Assembly: GCA_963665845.2 (NCBI GenBank)
Contig: OY762492.1
Span: 1,408,001-1,472,000 of the forward strand
Direction of reading: 5' to 3'
Source: Candidatus Poribacteria bacterium
GTDB lineage: Bacteria > Poribacteria > WGA-4E > GCA-2687025
Length of the DNA: 64,000 nucleotides
Part shown: positions 32,823 to 43,512 of the stretch, piece by piece
Layout: each line of letters begins with the position of its first letter
Numbering within the stretch: position 1 is the first letter of the stretch
The notes under the pieces: model-generated
Databases searched by the model: none
Told to the model about the DNA's origin: nothing
What the model saw: only the letters and a program-made list of their open reading frames with translations
Made by a program: the position numbers and the translations under genes

Positions 32823-33653
32823 TCAGTCGGTCAAGGCGCCGTACAGCTCCGGCCGCCGGTCGTTCGTGATGTCCAACTCCCATTCGCCCGGCTCATGCAC
32901 AATCGCTTTCTGCCGCGCTTGCGAAAGGTCCAGGTCGGCGTAAAGGATCGTCTCCTCTGCGCCGCCCGCTTCGCAGAGAATCTCTCCGCCCGGCGACGCA
33001 ATCTGGCTGCGCCCAATAAACCGCCGCCCGCGCTCAACGCCGACGCGGTTTGCCGCCGTTAAATACGCGCGGCTCTCCCACGCTCTCGAACGGGTGATGA
33101 ATTCAGGCGCGCTCTCCGCCCCGACGGGCCAGTTCGTCGGAACAGCGATCACATCCGCGCCGTTCAAACCGACCGACCGCGCCGCTTCAGGAAAACGAAC
33201 ATCGTAACAGATTAAAATGCCGACCTTCCCAAACGGCGCCTCAAATGTCGGCAGACCCGCGCCCTTGTTGACAAAGCGGTCGATGCCGAGAGTCGGCAGA
33301 TGCGTCTTTCGATAGACGGCAAGCGGGTTGCCAGGGACAGACAACGCCGCGCTGTTATACACATCATCGCCGTCCCGCTCTAAAAAGCCGAGTATGCCTG
33401 TAACGCCCAGCTCTCCGCATTTTTGGTTAAAATGGGCAAGGGCGGCTCCATCTGCCGGCTCGGCGAAGGGAAGCGCTTCCTCTATGCTGTCAAAGCAGTA
33501 GCCCGAATTGGCGCATTCGGGAAACACGATGAACTCCCCCCCGTTCTCCTCCGCTTCGTCAAGACGCTCCAAGACGCGCGCATGGTTGCCCGCAAGATCG
33601 CCGAGAATCACATCCATTTGAACAACCGCTGCGCGAACGCTTTTTTCTGCCAT
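32823..33653 (-). CDS. Carbon-nitrogen hydrolase (nitrilase superfamily)
   Basis: E-K-C triad: FPE, YRKTHL, ICYDVRFPE. Confidence 0.93.
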   Translation of the reverse strand: MAEKSVRAAVVQMDVILGDLAGNHARVLERLDEAEENGGEFIVFPECANSGYCFDSIEEALPFAEPADGAALAHFNQKCGELGVTGILGFLERDGDDVYNSAALSVPGNPLAVYRKTHLPTLGIDRFVNKGAGLPTFEAPFGKVGILICYDVRFPEAARSVGLNGADVIAVPTNWPVGAESAPEFITRSRAWESRAYLTAANRVGVERGRRFIGRSQIASPGGEILCEAGGAEETILYADLDLSQARQKAIVHEPGEWELDITNDRRPELYGALTD

Positions 33654-33678
33654 CTCTGATTCGCCCCTTCTTTTTTGT

Positions 33679-34620
33679 TTAAGGATACCGCATTCCGAAC
33701 CGCCAAGCGTAATAGACGCGCGCCCAGAGAACCGTCAACCCAAGAACGAGCGCATACCATGGCGCATGAAAAACGGCGGCGCCCGACAGCGCCAGTATCG
33801 CGCATTGAGACGCGCGAGTCATCTGCCGATCCAAACCGCCGCGCCAAACGCGCACGGCGGAGCGCAGATACAACGGCGACGCGACAGCCGCCGCGATGCC
33901 GACAGGCTGGTCGCCCGTCCAGAATCCCAAGCCGCATGCGCACAACATGAGCGCGCAGCCCAGCAGCGTCGACCAGCGCGCGCCCAACGCGGCCGCGCTC
34001 GTTCGGCAGCCGGCGGCGGCGTCCCCCTCCATATCCACAACCGCCGTGAACATAAAAACGGCGCCGACGCTCAAAACATACGGCGCGGACGCAAGCCATA
34101 TTTCCGATCCAAGCCCGCCGTACCCTGTCAACGCAAACGCGACGCACCCGTATCCGACGCTGTTCGAGATCAAATCCCACCCCGCCCGGCATTTCAACCG
34201 AAACGGCGCCGCCGAATACGCGGCTCCCATCGCGCCGCTCAATATCAACAAACAAAACGGAACGTCAAACGCGCCGCGCCAGAGCGCCAAACCGACGCCC
34301 GCCGCCGCCAACGCCCCCATCTCCGCATACGCAAAGCGAAGCGAAACATGCCCGTCCGCCAGCAAAAACAGCTTCTCGTTTTCCCGGTCCGACTCCATAT
34401 CCGCAAGCTGATTCAGGATATGCGCGGCGGCGGCAAGCAGCGTATGCGACCCGCTCAACAGCAGAAAGTCGGCGTCGGGCGACCAGAAACGCTGCCAACC
34501 CTCCGCTCGCAGCGCGCCCATGAGATGCATCGTCCAGAGCGGAATCAGCAGCGTCGGACGCGCGAGCGCGACCGCGTCCCCCGCCCGTTCAACCCAAACG
34601 CGGAAGGAGGCGGTTCGCAT
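33679..34620 (-). CDS. UbiA-family prenyltransferase
   Basis: NQLADMESDREN, YSAAPFRLK, DMEGD...G.RT; multi-TM. Confidence 0.85.
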   Translation of the reverse strand: MRTASFRVWVERAGDAVALARPTLLIPLWTMHLMGALRAEGWQRFWSPDADFLLLSGSHTLLAAAAHILNQLADMESDRENEKLFLLADGHVSLRFAYAEMGALAAAGVGLALWRGAFDVPFCLLILSGAMGAAYSAAPFRLKCRAGWDLISNSVGYGCVAFALTGYGGLGSEIWLASAPYVLSVGAVFMFTAVVDMEGDAAAGCRTSAAALGARWSTLLGCALMLCACGLGFWTGDQPVGIAAAVASPLYLRSAVRVWRGGLDRQMTRASQCAILALSGAAVFHAPWYALVLGLTVLWARVYYAWRFGMRYP

Positions 34621-35329
34621 AAGAGCAGCGGTTGATGAGTTGGTTGAAACGGGCGGCGCGCTTCCATGCCTTCTGTCCGCGCGTTCCAGCCTTCGCGGCG
34701 AAACGGCGCATGCCGTCGATAGAATACACCCCCATGCGCGGCAGCCGATAACGGTCGGCGGGTCTGCTTGACGCAAACGGGTTCATCGTATAAGCCGCTT
34801 CAAAGCCTGTCTCCTCCGCCAACCGCGCGACCGTCTCGGAGACATCCCCGTATGGGTACGCCAACAGGCGAACCGCTCTGCCGGTTCCGTCTTCCAGCGC
34901 CTTTTTTGAATCGGACATCTCCTGCTTCGCCTTCGCGGTCGGCAGCCGCGTCAAAAACGGATGCGTCATCGTATGCGCCCCGATTTCAACCCCCTCCTCC
35001 GCCAAGTTCCGCAGTTGGCTCCAGCTCAAATGGCGCGCCCTCGGAAATGTAGAATCCCATCGGCTTTCCTTGCCGACATACGCCGCGACCGGAAACAGCG
35101 CCGCCCCCCAGCCGTACTCCTGAAGGGCGGGCCAAGCGTACTCGGCAAAATTGGCGTACCCGTCGTCAAAGGTGAAACAGACGCCCGGCGCCGGCGGCAA
35201 GAGCGACCCTTCTCTCAAACCGGCGCTTTCTAAAAAACGAAGATGCGAGCGAAAACGGCGCGGAGAGATCGTGTTTAGCCCCAGTTCGCGCCGCCTATCG
35301 ATCCGATGGTACGCCAAAACGGGCGGCAA
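34589..35329 (-). CDS. Polysaccharide deacetylase (CE4)
   Basis: VLAYHRI, TFDDGY, HTMTHP, AYPYG. Confidence 0.92.
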   Translation of the reverse strand: MPPVLAYHRIDRRRELGLNTISPRRFRSHLRFLESAGLREGSLLPPAPGVCFTFDDGYANFAEYAWPALQEYGWGAALFPVAAYVGKESRWDSTFPRARHLSWSQLRNLAEEGVEIGAHTMTHPFLTRLPTAKAKQEMSDSKKALEDGTGRAVRLLAYPYGDVSETVARLAEETGFEAAYTMNPFASSRPADRYRLPRMGVYSIDGMRRFAAKAGTRGQKAWKRAARFNQLINRCSYANRLLPRLG

Positions 35330-35347
35330 CGCGCTCTCTCCAGGCTC

Positions 35348-36421
35348 TCATTCCACCCCGCGATCCGCTTCCAGCTGTTCAACCCGCTTGCGAAGGGCGC
35401 GAATCTCTTCCGCCATCTGGGGCATTCGCCGCAGATGCGCCTGCTGTTTCATATTTTCCGAATGCTTGATGGCGGGATAGCCTGAATAGAACGAATTGCT
35501 CGGCACATCCTTAGTAACGCCGGAACGCGCCGCGATGACCGTATTGTCGCCAATCCGCAGATGACCCGCCAAGCCCGTTTGACCCGCAATCGTCACATTT
35601 TGCCCAAGCTCCGCGCTTCCGCTCAAACCGACCAGCGCCACAATGAGGCTGTTGTCGCCGATCTTGACGTTATGTCCCACCTGAACCAGATTGTCGATCT
35701 TGACGCCGTTTCCGATCACCGTCGCGTCGTTCGGCATCGCCGCCCGGTCGATAGCCGCATTCGCGCCGATCTCAACATCGTCGCCAATGTGAACGGTACC
35801 AACCTGCGGTATCTTGCGGTAGGAGGCGCCTTCTCTGGCGAAACCGAACCCGTCGCTCCCGATCACAACGCCGCTGTGAAGAATGACGCGCGAGCCGACG
35901 CGCGACCTCTCCCGTATCGTAACATGCGGGTAAAGAAGGCAATCGTCGCCGACAACCGCGTCCTCGCCGATATACGCGAACGCGCCGACGACGGTTCCCC
36001 GCCCAATCTGCGCCCCGTCCGCAATGACGGCGTACGGCTGCACCCAAACCTCCTCGCCGATTTCTGCCGTATCGCCGACAACGGCTCGGCTGTCGACCCC
36101 AACCCGCTTTTCGCGCTTTGGCGGCGCCAGCAAAGAGAGCGCGTCCGCAAACGCAAGATACGGATCGTCAACATACAGCGCCGCCGTCCCAGGAGAGATG
36201 CGCTCCGCCTGAACCGACTTGGACACGATGACCGCGGAGGCTTTCGTTTGCGCCGCCTCTTTGAGATACTTCGGATTGGCGACAAAGGCGATCTCGCCGG
36301 GCTTCGCATCGCGTATGTCGGCGATGCCATGAATCTCCAGATCGCCGTTCCCGCTCAGCTCGGCTCCGATAACCTCCGCGATCTCCGCAAGGGTGGCGGA
36401 GAAGCTGTCGTTCGCGCTCAC
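35348..36421 (-). CDS. lpxD: UDP-3-O-acyl-glucosamine N-acyltransferase
   Basis: Hexapeptide repeats, IGSDGFGF, KIPQVG, KIDNLVQVGHN. Confidence 0.96.
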   Translation of the reverse strand: MSANDSFSATLAEIAEVIGAELSGNGDLEIHGIADIRDAKPGEIAFVANPKYLKEAAQTKASAVIVSKSVQAERISPGTAALYVDDPYLAFADALSLLAPPKREKRVGVDSRAVVGDTAEIGEEVWVQPYAVIADGAQIGRGTVVGAFAYIGEDAVVGDDCLLYPHVTIRERSRVGSRVILHSGVVIGSDGFGFAREGASYRKIPQVGTVHIGDDVEIGANAAIDRAAMPNDATVIGNGVKIDNLVQVGHNVKIGDNSLIVALVGLSGSAELGQNVTIAGQTGLAGHLRIGDNTVIAARSGVTKDVPSNSFYSGYPAIKHSENMKQQAHLRRMPQMAEEIRALRKRVEQLEADRGVE

Positions 36422-37155
36422 TGGTTTTCTTCCGTTGACGTCTCGGCATTTTCAGCGGTCGTTTCGCCGTTCTCTGCGCCCTCGGTCTTCTCGGCGTTCC
36501 CTGCGCCTTCGGTCTCGGTCGTCTCGCTGTTCTCGGCGCCTTCGGTCTCGGTCGTCTCGCTGTTCTCGGCGCCTTCGGTCTCGGTCGTCTCGCCGTTGCC
36601 GCTGTTCGCCCCGCCGGCCGCTTTCAGTTCATCGTTCATCATCTGAAGAATCGAATCGGTCGCATTAAACACAGGCTTATGGTACACCAGCGAACCCCGC
36701 TCAAACAGCATGTCGTAATCATGCTCCTCGCTGTATTTCTGAATCGCCTTCTCGGCGGTCTGCAAAATCGGATCCAGCAGTTTGTTCCGCATTTTCAGGA
36801 TCGCCTCATTGGCGTCGGTTCGCGCCTCGCCCACATCGCGCGCCTTGTCTTCGATCTCCCGCTGACGGCGCCGAATCTCCGCATCCTCCAAGAAGGGCTT
36901 CTGCTTCAGCAACTCCCCCGACATCTCCTGATGCTCGCTCTCAAGAGCCTTGATCCGGTTATTCCACTTGTCCCCCTCGGCGTTAATCAGTTTTTGGGAC
37001 GCCTGCGTTCCGTCATACTTCGCAACAAGCGCGCCGAGGTCCACAACCCCAAGCTTCAACGGCTTCTGCTGCGTCACAGCCGTCTGAGACGCCAACGCAA
37101 CCGCCAAGACAACGCCAACCGCTCCCGCCGCCAACAACGCATTTCGCAATTTCAT
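36418..37155 (-). CDS. skp: Skp/OmpH chaperone with acidic repetitive C-terminal tail
   Basis: Signal peptide, LGVVD, coiled coil, YDMLFE; located between bamA and lpxD. Confidence 0.88.
   Translation of the reverse strand: MKLRNALLAAGAVGVVLAVALASQTAVTQQKPLKLGVVDLGALVAKYDGTQASQKLINAEGDKWNNRIKALESEHQEMSGELLKQKPFLEDAEIRRRQREIEDKARDVGEARTDANEAILKMRNKLLDPILQTAEKAIQKYSEEHDYDMLFERGSLVYHKPVFNATDSILQMMNDELKAAGGANSGNGETTETEGAENSETTETEGAENSETTETEGAGNAEKTEGAENGETTAENAETSTEENQ
36440..36600 (-). repeat. 33-bp coding tandem repeat (ETTETEGAENS-like)
   Basis: About 3 near-perfect and 2 degenerate units in the skp tail. Confidence 0.85.
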
Positions 37156-37223
37156 CGACTTACGCTCCATTTCAACATTTGCCGCTCCTCTCACAGCATA
37201 CCACACATGATCGGAAAACGATC

Positions 37224-39731
37224 TTAAAAGGACGGACCCATTGAAAAATGCAGCCGTCCGCCAAACGACCTGCGCTCCGTCAACTTCCCGTCATTGTCCA
37301 CAATCGGAACGCTTCGAAGCGGGAAGCCGTACTCAAGACGAAGCAAAAAACCCGCCACCAGCTCAAGACGAACCCCGCCGCCGACGCTCAACGCCGGGTC
37401 CATCTCCTGAAAGATGTTCGACGTTCCCTCGTTCCAAACCTGCCCCATGTCGAAGAAAGCGAAGGCGCGCACCATCTGGTTGATCGGATACCGGTACTCC
37501 GCTTGTAAATAATACATCTTATTGCCGCCGTATCGGGAATCGATCGCATCCGTTACCTTCGAGGGCGTCAAACTGAAATCTGGGTAGCCGCGCACCATGT
37601 CGATCCCGCCCAGCCAGTAACGCTCATAGACGAGATAGATCGGATTGTCGCCGCGATCCTCCAGATAACCCGCTTGACCATGCAGCGCCAGCACAAACTT
37701 CGACCAGGAAGGGATGAAACGGGAGGCGTCCAACGTGTATTTGCGGAAAGCGTTCTGACCGCCCAAGACGCCGCCGGAATGCTCAAACGAAAACGTTTCC
37801 TCGCCCCCGCCGATCGGATCGAAGATGCTGGTCCGATAACGGCGCGTGTCGCGCGTCACCCCCGCCGTGACGCTCCTTGTCCGCCGGGCGTAATCCAGTA
37901 TGTCGTTGTCCGGCTCGTCTTCAAGGATCTGCCGATAGTCGACCGTCACCGCTTCATTTCGAAATGAGGCGAAGGCGCGCAGGTCGCGCGTGAACGGCAT
38001 CCCAAGCGACAATGTGAAACCGCGCCGAAAATCCTCATAGTAGCTGTCTTCATCGCTTGAGGCTCGATAATTCGGGCGCTGGCGGTTGACGCTGTACAGC
38101 GCGGAGCGGAACGACACCGGCGCCCCCAAAATCCAAGGCGTTCCAAAAGAAATCTCGCCGACGCGCCGCTCCCGCTGCCCCAGCTCGCCTTTCACATTGA
38201 GTCGATAGGCGCGCCCAAGCAGGTTGCCGTCCCCGATCTCCGCAATCCCAAACAACCCGCTTTCCGAACCGTATCCGCCGCCGATGGTGAACAAGCCGGT
38301 ACGCACATTTTCCCGCAGCTCCACCGTCAGATCGCTCACATCGCCCGTTTCGGAGGAGCGCGGCACAAAACGCAGCCCCTGAATAAACGGACCCAGCTGA
38401 ATGATGTTCTGCTCCGCTTTACGAAGATTGGAGGTCAAAAACGGCTCGCCCGTCTCCACCCCCATACGATCCAGCTCCCGCCGAATCACATACTCCTTCG
38501 TCTTGGACAGACCCGCCACCTCCACCTTTCCGATCTTCACCATGTTGCCTTCGGTGATGGTCAGGGTCGCGCGCGCCGTCTCCGCCTCCGTGTCGATGTC
38601 CAAATCGTCCAGGACGCGCACCAGTATGTTCCCGCGGTCGCCGTAATACTGCTGAATGCGCCCGTAATCTTCTCGATAGACGGTTGAATTGAACACATCG
38701 CCCGGCTTCAGCTTCAGCTGATCAAGCAGCTTCTCTTCGCTCGCTTCGGGGCTGTCTTCGGTGAACTGAACCGTATACCCCTCAAAAAGAAACTGCGGAC
38801 CCTCCTCAATCTGATAGACAACCGTCATGCCTTCGCCGGTTTCGTCCAGCTCCTTGCGCTTGCCGATAACCTTCGCGTTCAGAAAGCCGTTCTCTTGGTA
38901 CGCGCCGACGATCTGCATCGGGTCGTTCTCAAACGCCTCGTCTTGAAAACGCTTGCCCTTGCGAATGCGGCAGTATTTCAGCAGCGTCTTCTCCTCCATC
39001 AGCTCGGCGCCTTCAAACAGAATCGCTGCAACCTTGATCTTCTCCCCCTCTTCGATCTCTAGGCGGACGATGATCTCCTCGGCGCCCTCCTCATTCGTCG
39101 TCATTTCGGTTGAGGTTTTGACGGCGGCGAAATAGTACCCCTCTTTTTGGTACTCCTCCAGGACCGCCTGCTGCGTTTTCCACAGCTCATAGTCGCTGAA
39201 GAACATCCCGTCTTCCAGGGTGAATTTCTTTGCCAGCTTTTTATCGCTCAGCTGCTCGTTTCCGATCGTCTCAATCGGGCCGGCGAGGCGCGGATACTCG
39301 GTCAATAGAAAGGTAATGACTAGCCCGCCCCCCTCCGCCGGCGACGAATCGACCTGAATGTCTTTAAAGGGTCCGTAGTCGGTCTGGATGCGCCGTATGT
39401 CGTTTGAGATCGCCTCTAAATCCGCTTCGCCCCCCTCTTTCGTTTGAAAATAATTCTTTTCCGCAAAAAGAGTCTTAAGGATATCGTCCGCATTCTCGCT
39501 GCCTTCAATCTTGATCTGCCGTATCGTGACGCCGGTGATGACCGGCGCGGCGTCCGATTCCGTTTCGGTTTCCGTTTCGGACGCCTCGTCGCTTGAAACT
39601 GGCGGCTCCGCTTCGGGTTCCTCCGCCGCTTCTTGAGACCAAGCCAGCGCGCCGAACAGCAGCGCCAATGCCAGCGCCAACGTTTTTTTTATCAACCGAC
39701 CGCCCCCGTGCGTTTCAGAATACCGATGCAA
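37224..39731 (-). CDS. bamA: Outer membrane protein assembly factor
   Basis: POTRA repeats, VRGY, C-terminal beta-barrel ending in F. Confidence 0.95.
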   Translation of the reverse strand: MHRYSETHGGGRLIKKTLALALALLFGALAWSQEAAEEPEAEPPVSSDEASETETETESDAAPVITGVTIRQIKIEGSENADDILKTLFAEKNYFQTKEGGEADLEAISNDIRRIQTDYGPFKDIQVDSSPAEGGGLVITFLLTEYPRLAGPIETIGNEQLSDKKLAKKFTLEDGMFFSDYELWKTQQAVLEEYQKEGYYFAAVKTSTEMTTNEEGAEEIIVRLEIEEGEKIKVAAILFEGAELMEEKTLLKYCRIRKGKRFQDEAFENDPMQIVGAYQENGFLNAKVIGKRKELDETGEGMTVVYQIEEGPQFLFEGYTVQFTEDSPEASEEKLLDQLKLKPGDVFNSTVYREDYGRIQQYYGDRGNILVRVLDDLDIDTEAETARATLTITEGNMVKIGKVEVAGLSKTKEYVIRRELDRMGVETGEPFLTSNLRKAEQNIIQLGPFIQGLRFVPRSSETGDVSDLTVELRENVRTGLFTIGGGYGSESGLFGIAEIGDGNLLGRAYRLNVKGELGQRERRVGEISFGTPWILGAPVSFRSALYSVNRQRPNYRASSDEDSYYEDFRRGFTLSLGMPFTRDLRAFASFRNEAVTVDYRQILEDEPDNDILDYARRTRSVTAGVTRDTRRYRTSIFDPIGGGEETFSFEHSGGVLGGQNAFRKYTLDASRFIPSWSKFVLALHGQAGYLEDRGDNPIYLVYERYWLGGIDMVRGYPDFSLTPSKVTDAIDSRYGGNKMYYLQAEYRYPINQMVRAFAFFDMGQVWNEGTSNIFQEMDPALSVGGGVRLELVAGFLLRLEYGFPLRSVPIVDNDGKLTERRSFGGRLHFSMGPSF

Positions 39732-39841
39732 CCATCATGCATGAACGCGCGCATGTCCGATTTCGTTGACATGCGCCTCTATAAGTTTAGCGCAAATTCG
39801 ACGCGCTTGCCAACAACAACATCTCTCGGTATTCTCTAAAG

Positions 39842-40006
39842 CGTCAACGTCAGGGAAACCGCAGGGCTTCTCTTCGTCAACGTCAGGGAAACCGCAGGGC
39901 TTCTCTTCGTCAACGTCAGGGAAACCGCAGGGCTTCTCTTCGTCAACGTCAGGGAAACCGCAGGGCTTCTCTTCGTCAACGTCAGGGAAACCGCAGGGCT
40001 TCTCTT
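39842..40006. repeat. Perfect 33-bp tandem repeat x5 (VNTR)
   Basis: CGTCAACGTCAGGGAAACCGCAGGGCTTCTCTT five times with no spacers. Confidence 0.95.
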
Positions 40007-40075
40007 CGTCATTCCCGCATTTCCCCTCCTCGTCATTCCCGCGTAAGCGGGAATCTTAAGAGCGGAGAATACCAT

Positions 40076-41032
40076 ATGACGCGGTACCCGCCGCTGGATC
40101 TTTCTAAAGCGCAGCTCATCTCCATCCATAAACGAAAAAGCAAAGAGGACGCAAGCAAAGGCGTCCAACCGATACGGCGCGGCATGACGGTTCAAGAGCT
40201 GATGAACGCGATGCCCGACCAACTGGCGGCGCGCCAACTGCGCGCGCTGGTGGACGACGTCGCCAAAGCGGCGCGCGGCGACAAAACGGTCATTGCATCC
40301 TTCGGAGGACATGTCGTCAAGCTCGGTCTCGGACCGCTGCTCATTCAGCTGATGGAAAAAGGCGTCGTCTCCGCAATTGCGATGAACGGCGCCGCCAGCG
40401 TCCATGATTTCGAACTCGCCTACTGCGGAAAAACCTCCGAAGATGTTGATGCGGCGCTGGAAACCGGCGAATTCGGCATGACCGAAGAAACGGGACGCTT
40501 TCTAAACAAGGCGATTGAACGCCGCCCGGAAGAAGGCATGGGACGCGCCGTCGGACGCATGATCGCCGAGTCGGACTTCCCCTTCGCCGACGCAAGCGTT
40601 CTCGCCGCCGCCTACCGGCTCGACATTCCCGCCTCCGTCCATGTGGCTGTCGGAACCGACATCGTACATCAAAGCCCGCATGCGAACGGGGCGCATATCG
40701 GCGCGGCTACGTACGCCGATTTTCTGAAATTAGCCGCCGCCGCCGCTCAACTGGAAGGCGGCGCCGTTCTCAATTTTGGGTCCGCGGTCATCATGCCGGA
40801 GGTTTTTTTAAAGGCGCTGGCGCTGGCGCGGAACCTCGGACACCGAGTGGAGCGGTTTGCCGCCGCCGACTTCGACATGATACGCAGCTATAGAGCCGCC
40901 GAAAACCTGGTTCGCCGACCGACCAGCCTCGGCGGAAAAGGGTATCTCATCACGGGGCATCACGAAATCATGCTGCCGCTGTTTGCCGCGGCAATCATGG
41001 ACGCCCTAGAGGATGGCAAGACCCCGTCCTGA
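40076..41032 (+). CDS. Conserved protein, possibly deoxyhypusine-synthase-like fold
   Basis: GGHVVKLG, MNGA...HDFE, GSAVIMPEVFLKAL, GHHEIMLP. Confidence 0.7.
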   Translation: MTRYPPLDLSKAQLISIHKRKSKEDASKGVQPIRRGMTVQELMNAMPDQLAARQLRALVDDVAKAARGDKTVIASFGGHVVKLGLGPLLIQLMEKGVVSAIAMNGAASVHDFELAYCGKTSEDVDAALETGEFGMTEETGRFLNKAIERRPEEGMGRAVGRMIAESDFPFADASVLAAAYRLDIPASVHVAVGTDIVHQSPHANGAHIGAATYADFLKLAAAAAQLEGGAVLNFGSAVIMPEVFLKALALARNLGHRVERFAAADFDMIRSYRAAENLVRRPTSLGGKGYLITGHHEIMLPLFAAAIMDALEDGKTPS

Positions 41033-41212
41033 CATCATGCATAAAGCTGAGACCTTTGAGCAAACAAAGCCTTTCTTTATGGGAAAAGGCTTCGCCCATC
41101 AAATCGTCCTTCCCGCTTGCGCGAGAATGACAGGATGAGGGCGCGGGAATGCATGTCCTCGCGCAAGCGGGGAACCCCCGTTTTCACGGGGGCGGGCTAT
41201 AAGGGCGGCGGA

Positions 41213-41659
41213 CTAGAGGCGCAGCGTCCGTTCGGGCGACTCGATATGCGCGCGGCGGCGATCCCGTCCGACAATCTCCAACTGAACGCGAACAGCGTTT
41301 TTCGGCAGCAGCTCCTCCGCCCGGTCCGCCCATTCCACGACGGCGACGCCCTCATCCCCCAAGACCTCATCCCCGCCGATGTCGATCAGATCGTCCGCGC
41401 CGGCGAGGCGGTACAGGTCTAGGTGATGTATCGCGTAACGCTTGCCCTCCAGCGGGTATTCGCGCATGAGAATGAAGGTCGGGCTGCTGACGCGCGCCGT
41501 GGAACCCGCCCCTCGGGCGATGCCGCGCGTCAAGCATGTTTTGCCCGAACCAAGCTCGCCCGTCAATGCGACCACATCGCCCGACCGCAGCTGGCGCCCG
41601 ATGCGTTCGCCCAGCGCCTCCGTCTCTTCAGGCGAGGCGGTCTCCACCACCGCGCTCAC
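41213..41659 (-). CDS. tsaE: tRNA t6A biosynthesis ATPase
   Basis: [23 protein letters not shown]; GTG start overlaps the purE stop. Confidence 0.95.
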   Translation of the reverse strand: MSAVVETASPEETEALGERIGRQLRSGDVVALTGELGSGKTCLTRGIARGAGSTARVSSPTFILMREYPLEGKRYAIHHLDLYRLAGADDLIDIGGDEVLGDEGVAVVEWADRAEELLPKNAVRVQLEIVGRDRRRAHIESPERTLRL

Positions 41660-42195
41660 TCCTTGACGTAGTTTTTCCATCCAAGCTCCAGCAGCCGCTC
41701 GTTTTTTTTCTGAACGCCCTCCTCTAGGCTCTGCGTGTGTTCCTCCAGAAGCTGCGCGAGCCGTTCGTCGTTCAGCGCCAATATCTGTATCGCCAGCAAT
41801 GCCGCGTTGCGCGCCCCGCTGGAGCCGACCGCAAGCGTCCCGACCGGTATGCCGGGGGGCATTTGCACCGTCGCATAGAGCGCGTCCACGCCGTTTAGCG
41901 GTCCGCCGTCGATGGGGACGCCGAGGACGGGCAGGTTCGTATGCGCGGCGACGACGCCCGCCAGATGCGCCGCCCGACCCGCCCCGCATATCACGACGCG
42001 CAAACCCCGTTCATGCGCCGACCCGGCGTACTCAACCGCCAAGCGCGGCGACCGATGCGCCGACAGGACATGCAACTCAAACGGGACGCCAAAATCTTCC
42101 AGCGTCTGCGCCGCCTGCGACATGACCGGCAGGTCGGAATCGCTTCCCATCAGAATGCCGACCAGCGGCGCCGCAGCGTTCTTTTCATTAGGCAT
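41656..42195 (-). CDS. purE: N5-CAIR mutase
   Basis: [28 protein letters not shown]. Confidence 0.96.
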   Translation of the reverse strand: MPNEKNAAAPLVGILMGSDSDLPVMSQAAQTLEDFGVPFELHVLSAHRSPRLAVEYAGSAHERGLRVVICGAGRAAHLAGVVAAHTNLPVLGVPIDGGPLNGVDALYATVQMPPGIPVGTLAVGSSGARNAALLAIQILALNDERLAQLLEEHTQSLEEGVQKKNERLLELGWKNYVKE

Positions 42196-42216
42196 ATGTT
42201 TTCTCTCTGTTGATGT

Positions 42217-43497
42217 TCATTTAAGGCGCGCAAGGGCGCGAAAACCGATGTCGGAACGTTTGTACATGTTTTGAAAGGCGATCATTTCCGCCGCGGAGTA
42301 AGCGCGCTCCGCCGCTTCTTGAATGCCGGCGCCAAGCGCGGTAACTCCCAGAACGCGCCCGCCGTTCGTTGTCAAAACGCCGTCTTTCCAAGCGGTTCCC
42401 GCATGAAAAACGACCGCGCCTGTCTGCGACTCCGCCTTCTCAATACCCTCAACCGTATAGCCTGTCTGATAGGAGCCAGGATAGCCGCCCGACGCTATGA
42501 CGACGCAGACGGAGGTCTCCTCCCGCCATTCCGCCGTTTGTTGAGACAGGCTGCCGTCCAGCCCCGCGTTCAGAAGCGGTACCAGATCGGACGACAGGCG
42601 CGTCAACAATACCTGCGCCTCAGGGTCGCCCAAACGGCAATTGTACTCCACCACCTTAGGACCCTCCGCTCCGATCATCAGCCCGACATACAGAATGCCT
42701 TTATACGCCGTTCCCGCCTCCGCCATCGCGCGCAGGGTTGGATGTACGATCCGCTCCATGACCTGTTCATGGATATCTGGCGTCACGACGGGGGCGGGCG
42801 AATAGGCGCCCATTCCGCCCGTGTTGGGACCCTTGCCGCCGTCGTAGATCGGCTTATGGTCTTGCGAACTTGCCATCGGCAGGGCGGTTGTTCCGTCGCA
42901 CAGGACGGTGAACGACGCCTCTTCGCCCTCCAGAAACTCTTCGATGACGACAGACGCCCCCGCTTCTCCGAACGCCTTTTCGGTCATGGAGCGGTCAATG
43001 GCGGCGCGCGCTTCGTCTAGCGTTTGGCAGACGGCGACCCCCTTTCCCGCCGCCAATCCGTCCGCCTTGACGACGACCGGCGCGCCTGTTTTTTCTAAAT
43101 ATGCCTTTGCGTCGTCGGGATCGTCAAACGCGGCGTATCGGGCGGTTGGGACGCCCGCCTTTTCCATGAGACGCTTGGCGAACGTCTTGCTGCTTTCAAG
43201 GCGCGCCGCCGCTTGCCGCGGTCCGAAAACGCGCAGCCCTTCCGCCTCCATCGCGTCCACAACGCCCGCCGCCAACGGCGCCTCCGGCCCGACAACCGTC
43301 AACTCAATCTCTTTTTCTCTAGCAAAACGGATGAGCGCGCTGAAATCGTCTGTCAGCGGCATGTCATGCCGTTCCGCCAGCGGCTCCATGCCGGGGTTGC
43401 CGGGGACGGCGTAAAGCGTCCGGCAGAGAGGGCTTTGCGCCAGTTTCCAAGCGAACGCATGCTCTCGTCCGCCGCTTCCGATGACCAGTATGTTCAT
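42217..43497 (-). CDS. purD: Phosphoribosylamine-glycine ligase
   Basis: GSGGREHA, KADGLAAGKGV, GPNTGGMGAY. Confidence 0.97.
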   Translation of the reverse strand: MNILVIGSGGREHAFAWKLAQSPLCRTLYAVPGNPGMEPLAERHDMPLTDDFSALIRFAREKEIELTVVGPEAPLAAGVVDAMEAEGLRVFGPRQAAARLESSKTFAKRLMEKAGVPTARYAAFDDPDDAKAYLEKTGAPVVVKADGLAAGKGVAVCQTLDEARAAIDRSMTEKAFGEAGASVVIEEFLEGEEASFTVLCDGTTALPMASSQDHKPIYDGGKGPNTGGMGAYSPAPVVTPDIHEQVMERIVHPTLRAMAEAGTAYKGILYVGLMIGAEGPKVVEYNCRLGDPEAQVLLTRLSSDLVPLLNAGLDGSLSQQTAEWREETSVCVVIASGGYPGSYQTGYTVEGIEKAESQTGAVVFHAGTAWKDGVLTTNGGRVLGVTALGAGIQEAAERAYSAAEMIAFQNMYKRSDIGFRALARLK

Positions 43498-43512
43498 GGC
43501 GGTTCCTTTTGG

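Noticed and set aside
39842-40006. CRISPR array
   Set aside because: The 33-bp units are contiguous with no unique spacers, and there are no cas genes
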